A stretch of DNA of 64,000 nt, taken from contig CM119372.1 of assembly GCA_051294905.1 (NCBI GenBank), positions 39,000,001 through 39,064,000 of the forward strand, written 5' to 3'. Shown in pieces: positions 49,074 to 62,794 of this stretch. This DNA is from Botryllus schlosseri. Lineage: Eukaryota. The notes below the pieces were generated by a model. The model ran no database searches, was not told the DNA's origin, and was given only the letters and a program-made list of their open reading frames with translations. The stretch's first letter is position 1, and each line of letters opens with the position of its first letter. Both the position numbers and the translations under genes were made by a program.

Positions 49074-52000
49074 GTAAGCGAAAAAATATAATTCCTCACC
49101 GCCGTGTGATCCAGATCATTACTGCGTTGTCTTTAACTTTCCAACCAAGTGATCCTCTTGGGACGGGCAATGGTTCGAACCACAGAAAGGGTATACTCCA
49201 GGGCTGACCAACCTTTTCGGTCAAAGGGCCACATGCAATTGACGAATGATTGCGCGAGCCAGCAGCCGCGCGAGGTGCAAAAACTTCAAAGTTGATGGGT
49301 CAATAATATTACTAATCGGGTATATCTGCTGTATATCTCTGCGAGCAGTTTGCAAGGACAGGACTATTCAGCGCCTGGACATATCGATATCGAAACTCCA
49401 ACCAACATGCGTCAATCATTTCGTGTCTAGGTTTCAACGTCGACGGTCTTTCTGCGAGCGCAAACGCAAGGTCACATGTTGGACGACACTGTATCTCGTA
49501 ATTGCGAATATAGTTAGACTCAATATGGTCTGTTCATTTAAAAGAGGGCGTTTCTTCATTTGAAGGAGGGGGTAACAATATTAAAAGCAAGAAATCGAGG
49601 GACAACATATTGCGCGAAGCGTGAAGAAGATACATTTACCGCAAAATATTCTACCAATGTACGAAGATGTACCAAAAATGTGACTGACCCATGCATCTGC
49701 CAATACGTCGGAACTGATATTTTAGTCATCAACATCCCAAGTGTTGCGGCCAGGCTAATCAAATTTTTGGTTGGCCTTGCAAGTTCGCAATCTTAGCAAT
49801 CCATTTTTGATAATATAACTGATTTCGAAAATTATCTCGCGAGCCACCCAACACCTTCTCGCGGGCCACTTGAGGACCGAAGTACAGTGGCTTCTTGAAA
49901 AAAACTTTTCTGCATTTGTCGTACACTTATATTTTGAGCTATCGTTCAATATCCATTCAGGTGAGCTTGATATGGCTCAACGTGTTGCTTCTTTAACGAT
50001 CGGTACATTCGGCGATTGATTCAATAATTGGCGTCTATAAGACCACAATTATGCGTGGATACGAAAATATAGATGCTCTGCGCGCGAGAAATATGGACAA
50101 ACAGGGCTCAAACTGTCGTAAGAAAATGATTATTTTAGATAGAGTTGATGATCTTTAATGAAATGCGCAGTAAAAATATTCGTCATAACCTCTGCCTAAT
50201 TTCAAGCGGTGGTGTTTGTGCGGGCTCTGAAACCGAAAAGAAACTTTGCTGCCATCACGTTACAGACTATTGAACCTGTACCATCGCATTGCATGAGAAC
50301 TTGATTTGATAATCTGTTCCAGGACCTACACGTTGACTTGAAAGTTTACACACATTTCGATTTCCAACGGGTACTACGTGCTAGCTTCATGTCTCCCTTG
50401 CAATACGATGTATGGACATTACACGCCGCGCTGGAGGAATTCGGGACGGATGAGAAGGTAACACGCGTTTAAATCTTGATTTGGACTAAACGACGAATGT
50501 TGAATTGTTGAAGCACGCAGTAAAAAGGTGATATTTAGCAATAAATTTATTAACATTCCGTGTATATAGTTTTGATGCTATGTTTAGCTGCTACGTCGTT
50601 ACTAGCTGACATTTTGACGTGCGTAAATAAATCGGCTAACTATTTCCGTGGTCATTAGCTCATACCTAAAACTCGTGAATATTTTAACGACGGCGGTTTT
50701 GTGGGTCTCAGTGGCGTATGGCGACCATATGGCTACATCGCAATAAAAAGATTTTGATGCGTTTCACATCATCACGTATAATACATAAATGTATGTAAAT
50801 CATATTAGTTAAGTGCGTCACATCGCCCTCGGTTGACTCGGTGGTCCGCTTTTCTGTGAAAGTCGAAAGTCACGAGCTTGACTTTACTGTAAAGTGGTTG
50901 AGCTCTGCAGTTCAGGCAAGCGTGCTTCGATGCTATCGACTGCATTAGGAATATCTGTATTTTTTTTTCAGGCCTATAACTATCCCCAGAATCTACAGAA
51001 TTGCAAAATATATTCCAATTGAAATGAAAAAGAAAAATATTCTGCGGACGCTCGTCACGCGAAACACGTCTCGTTTATTTTAATATGAACAATGAACATA
51101 TTACTCAATAGTAAATTGAAGTTGTGCACCTGCACGTGTCTCCTTATAATCTATAGATATAAGCCGAACAAGTACGAAATTTTGTACTTATCGATGTAAC
51201 AACTATCGAAACGCGTATTACAATATAAAACATAGTAATGAGCCCTGGTTTATTCAATGACAAGCACATTGTTCACATCAATCGATTTCAGTGTTTTGTA
51301 TATTTTGAACTTCAATTATTGCGTACCTCGATTTTTAATGTACATGGATATTCGTAAAATTGGCAAGACGGCAATTCATTAAAGCCTCGCGATATCAGTT
51401 TAAGTAGCAATAGCATATGTAGGCCGTTTGGTGGATCATCTTTTGTTTCTGCGCGACATGCGAAATGAGATTGGGCGGCGACTAAATTTACGCAGAAGGC
51501 TGTCAGTCTAACCTTTACGGCATAAGATAAGGCCGCTATAAATCGAAATCAAACTTTCAAATGCATAAGATGTTTGACGGAATATAATGCGCACAAATGG
51601 AAGTGAGCATAGAGCACGCGCGCAGTAATAGGGTCACGTGATTACGTAGGAAAATAGTGTTTACTGCGATATATTTATAACTGTCATTTCCGCAAAGTAA
51701 GCAAACGAACAAACGTAGCGATCGAATGCACACACTCGAAGAGAAAAGAGTGTATTCACACCAGAGCTGGATTAATTACATTAATTCGGTATAATTACTC
51801 CCTTGAATATTTAAATTACATTACAATTACAATTACTCCCTGCCAAAAATATCAAATTACAATTATAATACTGCTAAACACGTAATTGACTAATCATAAA
51901 TTCAAATTCGGTAGAGAGGTGCATTTTGACAACCGTAGCGACGTAATTACCAATAATCGCAAGTTATTCATGTTTCATTTATGAGACGTAGAATACTCTT

Positions 52001-55000
52001 TAATTTAAAAAAATTTCGAATGTTTTCTAAAAATTTCGAATGTTTTGTAAGTAGTCCTAATCATGAGTACTGAAAATATAAACGCATAATTTTTTAAGCG
52101 ACTGGTAAAAACCAAAGGTTAGAGCGACTGACAACGATTAACAACGGATAGGCTACAGGAGGGGGTGGGTTAGTGTTACAAGTTGGGGTTAGGGTATCCC
52201 AATATTAGGATTGTGGGTGAGGAGATGTTAGGGTTGTAAGTGCATCAGCGGTAGGGTTTGGGTATCCCAATATTAGGGTTGTGGGTAAGGGGATGTTAGG
52301 ATTGGATTAGTGTTACGGGTGGTGGATATTAGGATTGCGGTGAGGGATACGATACTCCCAAATCTGACCTTAGGATACCATAACCATAACACCACCCCAC
52401 CTTAATCGTGGGATACCCCTAAATTACCTACTACCCTAATATTCCGGACCTACAACCCTAATCTTTAGATACCCTAACCCAAACCCTAATATCTCGCACC
52501 CCAAACACCAATCCCAACGCGAAAAACCATTCATTTTAATGTTTATACATTCTGGCATGTTCATGGGAAGCAGTTATTGGTGTCACGGTGGACACTGGTC
52601 TGTTGTGGATCGTAAAATGTAAAAGCTCCAATTGTGTTATGTTGTGCTTGTCAGGTCTCATAAACAATGTACTGCATTTGAAATTGTAATTGTATACGAA
52701 AACAGATCTGAACTCGAAATTATATCACGGCTATAAATCCTACTTGCCTCCGTTCGTACCTTCTTACGTCCATGCATAATTTTGACTAAAATGTTGTACT
52801 CAATTTATACCGCGGTATAAGTCTGGTGGTGCACGGGTGTGAAATGAATACACAATATCTTCGCTAAGAGTGAACCATAATGTTGAGCAGTGGTTATCAA
52901 CCTGGGGGGCGCGCCTCCCTTTGGGAGGGGGGGAGTGAAAGCATCTGGAGGGAGGCGCGAAGAAGCGGTCAACTGATTTTTTTTCGCGCTCTGCCAGATT
53001 TACCTCCAAGTCAAGCGTGTTTGTCTCTGTATAGACCGACCTACTTTAATATTTTTGAATTCTCTCATCAAAAGTCATAACCTTCGATGTCATCAAACAA
53101 TCTGTTAGGGTTGCTTGCATTATGGTTGTATTTTGTGATATGACGATAAGGGGGACGCGAAATTTTTCACCATCATATAGAGGGGCGTGTCTAAAAAAGG
53201 TTGAGAACCACTGATGTAGAGGAATAAAATCGGATTCCTAATGATGATTGGATCAAACCGCACGTTAGTTGAATGGAAACACACACACCACGGAAATGTC
53301 GTTCAGTCGCTAACAACTTCCACTAATGTGGTCAAATCCGCGATTGTACTGTACAATATGGTTCGAGTAGTTTAATAGGGTCTATTCGGCGAATTGGCGT
53401 GTGTGGTGATGGGCTTATACGGCACATTCTTTTGTGTATCTCGGCGTTAATAATTACTCTTGATATACTGTATGATTAGCTGACGTCGGATCCCTCCGTT
53501 CAAATGCTTTCATCTCTTGTCACTATCGCTTTAGCATTATTAGAATTCTCGACTAAACAAATGCCAATATAGCATAGTTCATAGCGGACGTCTACAGCAA
53601 GATAATTCTAGTTGTCAACTTAGATTATCGGCATTTCGTTTTAATTAGCCTAATTTGTGAAAGGTTTCTCCAGCCGAATTCTAATCTAATTTGTGAATTG
53701 TTTCTTTACTTTAATTTCAATCCTAATTTGATGTCTGGTTTTCCTAATAATGCTGCAGTAGATCTGTGTAGCGGGAAAAGAGTCGGGCTTGCTGTAAAGA
53801 CATTTGCTCGTGCTTGGGTGAATCAACTCTGAACTGATATGTGAACTGCACTCGTTCAATTTCCCAGTTTTCGCGAATTCAGTAATTCTAATTGTGTGGT
53901 GGTATGACAAATAGCTGCGACATCGACGGGTTGCGGTTCGTAACCGACCGAGGCCGACTCAAGAATCCTTGTTGGAGGCTTATCTAGGCTCTTCCTTGTC
54001 ATCTAATCCGCGTCTTACAAAATCCTAGAGCTGGGCCGTTCTATTGGTCGAAAACTACGGAATCATAATGAGGAATATCGGTCTGGTGTACATGACCATT
54101 GTAGTCAAAAAATACCACGAATACTAAAACCACAACAATAATTCTAGTTCGATTAAAAAAATGTAGTTATCGATTTATTTCCAACGTAATTTGGAGAAGC
54201 TGTGAATGTTTTAGGTATCCAACTCGGTTTATAGCCATGGCTCACGGTTAATATCCGTATCAGGCGAGGGTCCATGTTCCCGTAAATGAGTTCTGCGTGA
54301 TGTTTGGAGTAAGCTTGTTTGGCATTTGGTTGTTCTTCCCACTTATCCACAATAAGAGGGGCACTTCAAATTTATAACAAAAGATGATATTTTATCCGCG
54401 AGAGACGAAAAATAATTATACATGATGCTTACACATACACACTCATATACGGTATCCTGTTCGATACTTATCGATTATACTGCATGTATCTGCTAATCCC
54501 GGTAAGAGATCCACTGCTCACAAAGACATTTACATGTGTAGATTTGTCAAAATCAGCCAAGGCAATGTTTATATATCTTGCTGAGTGTTTACTCTGTTTA
54601 ACCAAAAACAGTTAACATACTCGCCTGATTGTTTATTATTATTCACGCACTTTCGAATGGCGACAGTGATTGATTTCTCACAGAAGATTCATCGGGTGTT
54701 TTCATAACAATATGCCTCACTAACGGTACGGAATCCATATAACATTTAAAGCTTAAGATGTAGCTTTTATGGAACAGATACGTCACGTTGATGTCACCGT
54801 GTATATTCAACATGATGCAGTTTCTCGATTATTATCAATATGCTTCCGTATCATCACTATTCATTATCATATTTATTTTCGACCTTGCGCACTCTGCAAT
54901 ATAGTAATGATGAGATTTCACCCTGCACAATCTGTAATTAGTAATGATGAGATTTCTTGTAAAATTGATATGTTATGTACAGCTATCTACCAATACATGC

Positions 55001-58000
55001 CAAGGAACTCGCATCGTCAATACACTTTAGCCGAAAGTTTTCAATAAACATGAATATTAAACTTTGAGTCCTGGGAGAACTAAAATCAAAATATTGGGAT
55101 TGACAATCTGAAAAATCAACATGTGGTGCTACATGATGAAACGCGCTACCGAACGACTCTTTTTTTGTTGATACGCGTCCATGTTTACAATGAGGGATAT
55201 TTAATAGCCTACAACCTGCCACTGTGCGTAAGCGTACGATTAATGATTGAATTTGATGCTGTTGACCAAATATATTAACATTGCAACGAATCAAACCCGC
55301 GAAGTCGCGATTTGCGTATTAGGACATGTCGGATATTTTCGTGCCTCGAATGTATGCAAGGAATTATATGATATACACTAATAGACATTGTCACTAATAA
55401 ATTTTGCTCATCAAGTGTTTAGAGAAAAATAAGAAGTTGATGATAGTTGCTTCGATCAGATTAAATCAACATCAGTTTCAAATGGCACGTGGAACTGCTT
55501 TTGCATTGTCTCTACAAAGGGAGTTGTGGCAATGATGCTCTTTACGAAACATTCAATGAATATATGCCGAGGACATGAACACGACTGTCCAACTGTAGAC
55601 AACTAACCTACGGATAGATACGCAGCTCCCGTCGTCACGCTAGCATGCCCGGAGTGTTTACTGCTTAGCAATCAAAAAGCAACATAATTACTGTTCCCAT
55701 AGCTGGTGATCCGAAGGCTCAAATTGAATAAAGTAGGCTAGATCGTATTCGAAAGTCACTGGAGCGCTGAATCCGAAAATCCGTTGTTGGTAATGTCTAT
55801 TACGGTATAATTGATTGCGTACATTAAAGGCACGGAAATATTCTACATTTTCTACACCCAAATGACGATTTTGTGGGCTTGCTTCGTTGCAATGTTAATA
55901 TATTTGGTCAACCACTACGGTGGCTTGTACATTCACAGCTGTAGTCAAAATCTATCTTTCAGGAAGTTCAATTTCCACGTCGAAACAACTATAGTGTTGC
56001 TTTGACAAGCAGCACTATTGTACTTTCCGTATCGCCGACCCAGATAGAACCGTTGTTGATTTAGCGAATAAGTTCGAATGCATATTCATTTATATGGTAA
56101 CAGTAACTTCAAATACATGTTGGAAAGTAAGGAAAATATAATTAAAAGTTAGCAACAACACGTGCCTGGCCCTATTTGCTGGTTCCGGTGAAATTCTTAC
56201 ACCTGGGCATGCACGCTGCGGCATAGACGTAGCGATGAGAACCATTGAAGCACATATTTTCTTCAAGCTGAATATTAACACGAAACGTATACCATGTACA
56301 GAAATAGTGATTTCGCCTGTCTGGCCCACAGCGCTGGTGAAATCTGCTTAACGGCACTTCCTGGTACAGAAATTCGCTTCAGCGCCATTTCCAATGGACG
56401 AAAACTAATCAAATATATATGGATTAATATGTGTATAAATGCAATGGGTGTGTTGTGCGTGTGCTGTTTTCGCGTGCCACACAAGGAAATTGCAAAAACG
56501 AGTGCGAGTTTTTCATAATATATTGACGTATTTGACTTATTTTTATCAATTAGAATGCGTATAGAAGCAAACGTTTTTACCGAAAAGTGTCGATGTCCTG
56601 ATTTGCATCTTGCTTTATGCAATGAATCAGCCATGTATACGTGTAAAAAGTGCATGGGCCCATGCTTGTATTCCTGATTTTCGAAAACCCTACTAGGCCT
56701 AATCCAATTTATCAAATGCAGCCACCATTTCAATTTTATTTCGTTCCAGTCGCTGGTAGAAATACTGATATCGCGAAGCAACAGCCAAATCAAGGAGATT
56801 CGTGACTTGTACATGAAAACGTACGACCATGACGTGGATGACCTGATCCGCAGAAAAACCAGGGGGGAATTTTGCGACATGCTCCTCATGCTTGCGGAGG
56901 TTGGTAAGACGATTGTAGCGTTGCAATGTGATTGATGAAATGATGATTGATTATGATAGACAGCAACCTTTAGTGTTACCCCCTTTTCGTTATCTCGCGC
57001 ATCACATGGTTTACCACAATCTTGTACGTCCCTTGTTCCGGATGCCGTAAGGAGCTTGTATTCCATGCCTTGACATTAAACCAGCACACGCGGGGTAGGT
57101 GTAGCATGCAGGTATGCTGTTAGAGTTAAAACATGTGGTTTCGCATATGATCTACACACCGTAAGGTTTAGCTTTGTGTTAGGTGCAGACTCTTCACAAC
57201 TACACATACAAATGATGGCTAGGGGTGATCAGTAACCAGAGGTGGTCAGTAACGAAGTACTTCTACTTTTTCGAAATACTCATCGCATCGCCTCAAAAAT
57301 CCATTGTTGGCGAAATCTAGTGATTAGTCAAATGTGGTGTGTTTTTAAGCTCGATCCATTCGGCAATTTCGGAAATGGAAATATCAGATTAACCGCCAAA
57401 AGTATGCGACGAATCGAGTATATCCACTATTTCAGCGGTTCTCAAACTGGAAGCCTTTCCCCTTGTGGGACGTGAAAGCATCTGCGGGTGGCACAAAGAA
57501 ACCCGAGAGAATTGAGATTTATGGAACTCGGAATGAGTTTTGTGCGGAAACTTGCAAGTTTGAACAAGTGCCATAATCCCAATTTTATATTTATTTTAAA
57601 TGTCATATCTGCGTTGTACCATCCATACACTGACTTTGACTGATACCGAACCTTGCACTATTCGGAAGATGTCCCTGAATGAAGTGAAACTGGTGTATGC
57701 GGGTGAATGTGTCATTTGTATTTTATTTCGATTATATTCAGGTAGCCTATATACGTTTGATTTTCTTTAATGAAGAATCGAACTGCGAATATTTTCGCGC
57801 ACCGCGCGATTTACTTCCAATTCATAATTATTGCTCTGTGACACCTTCTATGCCAACAGACAATAATAGAAAACATCGTGATTGCTCTTTATAATATTTT
57901 CTGATATGACGATAAGAGGTATGCGAAAATATTTGATGCGGTCAAAGTCCCCCTAATAATGCAAATAAATTGGGCAAAGCAGGAAGAACATTTCATGTTA

Positions 58001-61000
58001 AATAGATTTTTCCTAAAATAATCTACTTTAAGTTGATTTACGCAAACTTTCGAAAAATTCGTGGATAATGGGGGTTGGATGCTCCCTTCATCCCCCTGGT
58101 GAAATTACCCTTCAGCATCATCACTGATTATTACTTCGACCATCGCACATACGTCAGCGTGGTAGTGCGATGTGGAAATATTGTGCTCGTATACGAAACG
58201 TAATACCGCATGACCGGAATCGATAAACAGTTTCCCACCACAAATGATCGAAATTCACCGCTTCCCGCTTCCTCATGAATATTCATGGAAATCCGCACGT
58301 TTTCGCCTTCCGCCGCTGATCGAAGCCGGCACACGAGTGACGTTCCCTTATTCTCAATTTCCAGCCTTCCCGCGACGAATCGGACGAGGTCCCCATGGAT
58401 TTACTGAGGCGCGATGTGAAAGCGCTAAAGAGAGCTGTGCGCAAAGGCGGGGCGATTCAGTACTACGCGTTCAATGAAGTTTTTTGTAAGAAGAATTTCG
58501 CCTACATCCGGGCGCTATTCGAATTATACAAACAAGTAGGTTTGATAGCGTGCTCATAATGTTTATGCTACATACGATTAAACAATATACTCATGAAATA
58601 AGTCAGAATATTTCGGCTGACACTTTCAAGGGGTGTAATGGTCAGCAATTGGAAGAAAATTGCCGGTTTTTGTAATGGGGCAAAAAGCAAACTTACATCA
58701 TATCCCTTAATACGGAGATCACTAAATTTGGTATGGTCGCGACCCAAATTCCGATTTGAAAATGTTCCGCGATCCACCAATAAATTTGGGATGCAGATCA
58801 CCATTTTTATTATTTCGCTTCAATGTGTCTCGCCTTAATGTTCATAGTGGTGGCTGTAATAGCAGTATAGTATTGATTTGACATCATTCTCACATTATAG
58901 TACGGATGGCGTTGAAATCCCGCTTCGAGTGATACCTTTTTGCCAGTTTCGTATCCCTCCCGAGGTCATTTTTCAATTTTTTTTAAATGAGCCAGATTTC
59001 TTTGTGAATGAGCCACCGGTTAATGGGTGTTATCGTATTTGTCAACTTCTTTCTAATAATCGTCTTCCCGACCCCATGAAAAAGGAACCAACCCTCTGGG
59101 AACCCCTGATATAATACCTACTTACCTATCTGGTAAAGAATTCAGAAATATCTACTATAGTTGCTGACTATTATCCCTATCGACGAGTATCTGCCTAAAA
59201 TATTCGGGCTTATTTCAATGTGAATATATTATTCCATTACATATTAAAGTTCTGTAGCTTCACGTATGGATTTAGTATGGATACAAGAGGCCTAGCTAAT
59301 ATCATAGCCATGTCGTCCGTTTCGCCCGATAAACGATGAGGTTGGTAACGCTGCACTGTCCACTATTAGTCATCTACTGCTTGTGGCAGCGTCAGAAACT
59401 GGTAAAATTTTATATGCCTTACTACTGCAAGCTCGAATGGAAAAGTCCACTTAAATTCGAATGAAACCACACTCAATTATAATTTTTAAATTCAGAGTTT
59501 TGTCACACAGCAGCGTTTTCGATACGCTGTGATCGATTGAACGTGTCTTTTCCAAATGATGTATGAGGACACAACTAGCCAGTGGGTATTTCCGAAACAA
59601 AATGTCAAAAACACACAGGTAACTGTGAATGAATCAAAGTCATCCTTGTACATCAGGGACTTCCAAGCTTTTTATGGTCCGACTCCAAATTTCTATTTGA
59701 AAATGTTTCGCGACCCCACCTCTCAATTTGGCTTATTACTACTTGTTCATTTACGTAATTATTACTAGTGTCCTGTGTATTATGATGTTACCACTTGGCA
59801 CTACCGGTCACTTGTAATTTCCCAGGAAGGAAATATAACCGTTGTATTGGTTTCTATGCTCCCTACACTTTTGTTTGTGGTATTCGTGGTGTCTGTCGAC
59901 TAATATGGTCATTTACATTAGGCCGATTTCCTTCATTTTCATTCCGTAGCTGTCAACTTGTAGCACGGTCCCCTCCTAGGCTTTTTATAGGACACCGCTT
60001 TCGCGGATGAGATGGCGATGAAGAGCCTGGGTAAACCCCCGACACTTTGATCTTCCTACTAATGACCAGATACCAAGCTTGCGTTATAGTACTTGGCTCT
60101 TCAAATGACTCTTCGACTGATATTATATCTGGTTTGCCGGGTTCGCATCAGTTTCTCCCATTTTGGGAAATGACCTAAATACTCAGGAATGAGCCGCCGA
60201 TATCATCCGCTAAATTGACATTTATCTAATAGTCACTGCTTTTCAATTTTCGTCTCCGCAACCCCATAGAATAGGCATTGGGGTCGTGACTACCAATTTG
60301 GGTGCCACTTTAAAGTTTCCACACTCTTTTCGAAAAAAAGTGTATTTTCACCAGGGAACCGCCTCTGATATACGGGTGGCACTCGAAACCAGAATCTACG
60401 TTATACTATAAAACAAGCACAACATTTTGATCAAAATTTCGGACCGCGATTTAATTTTGAGATATAGGCTCTGTTTTCGTGTACCACCCTTCTCTGCCCT
60501 TTGGGTGTGAATACAAACGATTTTCGCTACGAGTGTACATTAAAAATGCATACGCTATTTTACTCCACTGCTATTGGCGGGGAGGAGTAATAAGACATTT
60601 ATTGTCCATTTTGTCATATCCAATCAATTTTCTGCTTAATTTTGTCGAAGCAATAAATTATCTGTTGGTCTGTCTTACAGAACTCTGAACGAGACATATA
60701 CCGTGACATCCGACTCTATTTCGCGGGTTACATGAAATCGGCGTTGAAGGCGATAGCAGAATACGCAGTCAGCCCGACCGGATATTTTGCTCACAGACTC
60801 TACAGGTCTATGAAAGGACTCGGTACCGACGACAACACCCTGACCAGGATTATAGTAACTCGAAGCGAGGTCGGTAACTCAATTGTGCCGGCGCAGTCCA
60901 AATACGCTAATTGAAACTGAATGAAGCTGCTTCTGTTTGTTTACGCCGGATATGGCTATAAATAATCCCAAGGGACCCGGGAATGCCGATTAACATGACT

Positions 61001-62469
61001 ATTGGGGGGAGAAAAACGGATTCAAATTCTATCCAACCCATTTATAAATATTCTGATTAGAGAACAAGAACAGATCAGTGTCAGCGTTTCGAAATTCGGT
61101 AATTGAAAAGGTAAACACAGCCAATTCCGACACTTTGTTTCCATATTGCGGCGGCGCTGTATTTGATCCGTGCCGTAATCGTATAAATACTGGATTTAGT
61201 AATCTGATTGATTAAATAGCAGAAAGATTTGCCAGACATTCAACCGGGCGTGATATATGTCTCAAAAATCGAAATTATTGCATAACATGCTTCAATAGTG
61301 ACGTGTTTATGCACTCTTGAATCATTTCCTAAAATATGTGGACGATAGTCTATAATGACTTGCAGCAGGGGTGGGCGACCTGCATCTAGCAGACAAAATT
61401 TGTGCAGCCAGCGAGTAAATGTCAACTTTGAATTGTGTCAAAGAACTGTCAAACTTAGCTTGGTCTGCTGAGTTTGAGCTAAGTAAATGATAGCAATATT
61501 CCCTCCTCGCTACGAATGATATCCGTTCTGTTATTTACGATTGATCAATACTGAATTGGATTGATACCGTCTCGTTAACAATTCCTAGTGAGACCATGTT
61601 ACTTGCAATTGCTAGGATATAAGCCAATTTCCATGTGGCCTGTTGTCATAAAATATTTACGCGCTTGATTAATAGGATTTGAATTACAATAGGGAATCGG
61701 TTAATTCATCGATTATTTATCACCGTTCCTCATTACTGGTACAATATTTTGCTTTCAAATCCATAACAATTGACGGCGACGAGTCAAATACAACAATTTG
61801 TATGGAGATATATCCCAGGTATGGAGAGTTCTGTTTTCGTGTACTACATCGCAATAGAAGGTACGCGGAAAATACACTAAGCCCCCGGTATGTGTCTCCA
61901 TAACGAAAGTAATATTTTATTCTCATTGACAATCTAAACACTAAGGTCGGGATCTCGTGCATACACTAACTATCCCCCATGATGACAGTGCTCTTTATAT
62001 CCCATGAAGATAGGTATATACTTTCCTATACATATACACTTGAACAGTGATGTAATGATAGGCCTATATATTTAGAGTGATGAAATGTTGATTTTCGGCT
62101 CTTTATCAGAATAATTTTAATTCAATTTCTCCAAAAATATTCTCGACCTCGAATGCCGACATAATTTTCAGCAGCACCGTAAATACTGATTTAATATGGC
62201 ATGAAAAAACATAGATTGTACAAGTTCACAGACTAATCCAAATTAAATATATCTTAAAGGTGGACATGGAGCAAATCAAGAAGATTTTCAAGGAAAAATA
62301 CAAGCACAGCTTGGAAAGTTACATCGTGGGAGACACGAGCTTTTCTTACCGACATCTGCTCCTAAAATTAGTGTCCTCGTCGAAGACTCTTTTTGAATCT
62401 GTAAACCAAGTCAAACACGACGGTGCTATTTTGTCGTCGACCGAAATCGCGGAGACGTACAGTTTCTAG
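48979..62469 (+). CDS. Annexin-like protein 2; confident join(48979..49073,50323..50457,56750..56899,58365..58535,60681..60869,62260..62469), 5' end tentative
   Basis: In-frame GT-AG exons: AIIEVVASRT..QR.EI..Y..GRDL..DLK; YDVWTLH..FGTDEKSLVEILISRSN.QI; RDES..; [50 protein letters not shown]. Confidence 0.92.
50323..50457 (+). CDS. Annexin-2 exon (DLHVDLKVYTHFDF..YDVWTLHAALEEFGTDEK)
   Basis: CAG/GTAACA splice sites. Confidence 0.9.
51762..52160 (+). mobile_element. (CAATTA)n-rich DNA transposon left end
   Basis: Colinear with 25912-26330. Confidence 0.75.
52160..52520. repeat. Head-to-head degenerate telomere-like tracts (G-rich then C-rich)
   Basis: TTAGGG/ATTAGGGTT variants at 52160-52345; CCCTAA/CCCTAAT variants at 52355-52520. 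Confidence 0.8.
52888..53213. mobile_element. hAT MITE
   Basis: TIR CAGTGGTTATCAACC / GGTTGAGAACCACTG; TSD ATGTTGAG/ATGTAGAG. Confidence 0.85.
56750..56899 (+). CDS. Annexin-2 exon (SLVEILISRSNSQIKEIRDLY..GEFCDMLLMLAE)
   Basis: CAG acceptor; donor GTTGGT gives the required phase 0. Confidence 0.9.
58365..58535 (+). CDS. Annexin-2 exon (PSRDESDEV..FNEVFCKKNFAYIRALFELYKQ)
   Basis: CAG/GTAGGT splice sites; linker + repeat 3. Confidence 0.9.
60681..60869 (+). CDS. Annexin-2 exon ([36 protein letters not shown])
   Basis: CAG/GTCGGT splice sites; canonical repeat 4 signature. Confidence 0.95.
62260..62469 (+). CDS. Annexin-2 last exon with C-terminal extension
   Basis: AAG acceptor; [24 protein letters not shown] plus 31 extra aa; TAG stop. 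Confidence 0.9.
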   Translation: [69 protein letters not shown]

Positions 62470-62794
62470 ATCGGGAAATTAACTCTATAATTGTGCGATG
62501 ATTTTGATGGAGAACTTTTTAAAAAAGAATTTATATGTTACGACTGTATTTTATTGTCATTCAATACTCAATCTATTTGCACTGAAGCGATTTTTTGCGC
62601 GATGGGAAATTGTCCGATAGATGTCGGTGCAGATCTCCAGATTGTACCATACGTCTGTCAATGTATCGTACGTTGAAAATGACAATGGGTAACTTTGTAA
62701 GAAACCATTCAAAATCAAAAGTAATTGCGGTATTGCACTACGTACCTACATTAACGATAGCCTGACGTGGTCAGCAATATCGAAATACGTGTAC

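Noticed and set aside
56275..57066. Longest ORF in the window (263 aa, minus strand)
   Set aside because: Antisense to a clear annexin exon and its introns; no recognisable domain.
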